A stretch of 12,009 bases of DNA, from assembly GCA_040225955.1 (NCBI GenBank), contig JBECUL010000060.1:1-12009 (forward strand). The letters are read 5' to 3'. The notes below the pieces were generated by a model. That model was not told the origin of the DNA. It made no database searches and was given only the letters and a program-made list of their open reading frames with translations. The stretch comes from Candidatus Asgardarchaeum abyssi (GTDB lineage: Archaea > Asgardarchaeota > Asgardarchaeia > Asgardarchaeales > Asgardarchaeaceae). Positions 10,470 through 12,009 of this stretch are shown in pieces; the stretch's first letter is position 1; every line of letters starts with the position of its first letter. Both the position numbers and the translations under genes were made by a program.

Positions 10470-11084
10470 TTAAAATTCATAAAATGACATAACAGTACCT
10501 TCGCTAGGAGTTATTTCTAGTATATCTACTCCAAATCCAGTGGCTGCTGTACGTTTTGATCCAAATTTTACCGCATCAATTGCTACCTTTTTTGCATCCT
10601 TTAATGTTAATTCTTCAGTAACATTACTCTCTAATATTCCCAATGCGGAATCTGAGCCATATCCTATAGCAACATATTTTTCATGTTCAATAACAGAGCC
10701 CCATATATCAAGCTCATAAAGATGCATTCCAGATTCATCAATCCCACCGATTATACTAAGAGTTAGGTAAGGAGAGAATTTTGTTGATGAAAGAATTCGG
10801 CTTAATAACTTTGCAACCGCACGAGTTACTATTGAACGATTTGTTTCTAATTGCAATAAATTTATCTGGGCTCTCATATAGTTAGTCAAAATAGAGATGT
10901 CAGCAGATATTCCAGCAAAGGCTATCCCTATATTTTTTGTTAAAGGATAAACCTTCCTCGCTTTTTTGCTAATTATTAAATCATCACCATAAGAATAAAC
11001 TTTCTCCGAAGCTAATAGGATACCATCTTTTGCTTTAATCCCTATTGTAATTGTTGTTATAGGAGGATATTTTATTACAGACAT
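10470..11084 (-). CDS. psmB: 20S proteasome beta-type subunit, divergent and probably non-catalytic
   Basis: TITIGIKAKDGILLASEK, ARKVYPL, IAFAGISAD, IIGGIDESGMHLYELDIWGS and YVAIGYGS: an Ntn-hydrolase beta-subunit fold. Confidence 0.92.
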   Translation of the reverse strand: MSVIKYPPITTITIGIKAKDGILLASEKVYSYGDDLIISKKARKVYPLTKNIGIAFAGISADISILTNYMRAQINLLQLETNRSIVTRAVAKLLSRILSSTKFSPYLTLSIIGGIDESGMHLYELDIWGSVIEHEKYVAIGYGSDSALGILESNVTEELTLKDAKKVAIDAVKFGSKRTAATGFGVDILEITPSEGTVMSFYEF

Positions 11085-11137
11085 TTAAACCACTCTCTAT
11101 CATAAATGATTTTAACTTATGGAAGAAAATTTCTAAG

Positions 11138-12009
11138 TTAATTTTTATTTATTATTACTTGTTTAATATTTTTAAGCAGATCACTTATTCCTTCATTCTT
11201 TATTGCGGATATAAAAATTATGTTCTCATTTATTTGCTTTTTTAACTCTTCGAATTGAACCTTAGAAGCTATATCTTTTTTATTCGCAACAGGAATTATT
11301 GGGATTTGAGGGAATAGGTTTTTTATTTCTAGAAAGAGAGAAACTTGCTGATTAATAGGAATACTAGACAAGTCACTAGGATCAAAGATAAAAATAATAA
11401 GGTCTGCCAAGTGTTTTAAAGCCGCAATTGCTTGTAGTTCAATTTTATTTCTTTTTGATATAGGACGATCAAGTAACCCAGGAGTATCAATAACTTGAAT
11501 CATAAAGCCATTTAGCTTAAGATGGCCTATTATTATATTTCTTGTAGTGAATGGATATTCTGCAATCTCTGGCTTTGCAGAAGAAATTTGTCTAACTAAG
11601 GTACTTTTACCTACATTTGGTGCTCCAGCAATAGTAATAGTTTTTAGATTTGGATCTGCGTCAGGTAATTTTGAGAGAGTTCTTCTAACATTTTCAAGAA
11701 AGATCAACCTATCATTGATATCAGATACCAATGATGCAAGACGACCAAAAGCAGCTCTTCGATAGTTAATAACCTCATTTACTTGTTTTGCAGAGAGTAT
11801 TCTTCGTGAATATTGTTTCTCTAGTTTTTTCATAACTTCTATAGCTCCAGAAATGGAGCCTAAGGCCTTTCTAATTTTGTTAACGTCAAAAAGTATATCA
11901 GCTATTTCGCGATAGAATGAATGAATATTGTCAAACGACGGATATTCTTTTACAACCTTTGTAAGTCTATTAATAACTATTTCATATGCTGTATTAAGTT
12001 TAGCATGAG
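11138..12009 (-). CDS. nog1: NOG1 family GTP-binding protein (5' end outside the window)
   Basis: G1 GAPNVGKS, G2 YPFTT, G3 DTPGLLDRP..RN.IE.QA, G4 NKKD and G5 ISA. The frame stays open upstream of 11833 to the window edge (HAKLNTAYEIV...YPSFDNIHSFYREIAD), matching the NOG1 N-terminal helical domain. Confidence 0.95.
   Translation of the reverse strand, partial: HAKLNTAYEIVINRLTKVVKEYPSFDNIHSFYREIADILFDVNKIRKALGSISGAIEVMKKLEKQYSRRILSAKQVNEVINYRRAAFGRLASLVSDINDRLIFLENVRRTLSKLPDADPNLKTITIAGAPNVGKSTLVRQISSAKPEIAEYPFTTRNIIIGHLKLNGFMIQVIDTPGLLDRPISKRNKIELQAIAALKHLADLIIFIFDPSDLSSIPINQQVSLFLEIKNLFPQIPIIPVANKKDIASKVQFEELKKQINENIIFISAIKNEGISDLLKNIKQVIINKN

Noticed and set aside
9178-11084. Nuclease plus protease-fold cluster as an antiviral defence island
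   Set aside because: All genes belong to housekeeping families, composition matches the flanks, and there is no integrase, transposase or defence-domain gene.
8674-11765. ORFs 8674-8934, 9602-9784 and 11547-11765
   Set aside because: Antisense shadows of ribL, nfi and nog1.

Overview
AT-rich archaeal chromosomal region, probably a TACK or Asgard lineage (inferred from gene set, synteny and GGAGG/GGTGA ribosome-binding sites). It is densely packed with mostly housekeeping genes: a partial geranylgeranyl-reductase-family flavoprotein, pth2, truD, alba, sucC-sucD, two small winged-helix genes, cdc48, EF-1beta, a DUF1610/HVO_2753-type zinc finger, FAD synthase ribL, endonuclease V, a translin/Trax (C3PO)-like RNase, a proteasome beta subunit and a partial NOG1-family GTPase. 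I found no tRNA, rRNA, CRISPR array or mobile element. The most notable signal is a proteasome beta paralog that has lost several catalytic and processing residues and is translationally linked to two RNA/DNA nucleases (translin-like, EndoV) downstream of NOG1. Other points are a Cdc48 lacking an HbYX tail followed by two winged-helix genes, a likely CUG start for EF-1beta, synonymous-site identity between the Cdc48 D1 and D2 modules, and a palindrome on the alba TATA box. Nothing here proves a new system; these are testable candidates.
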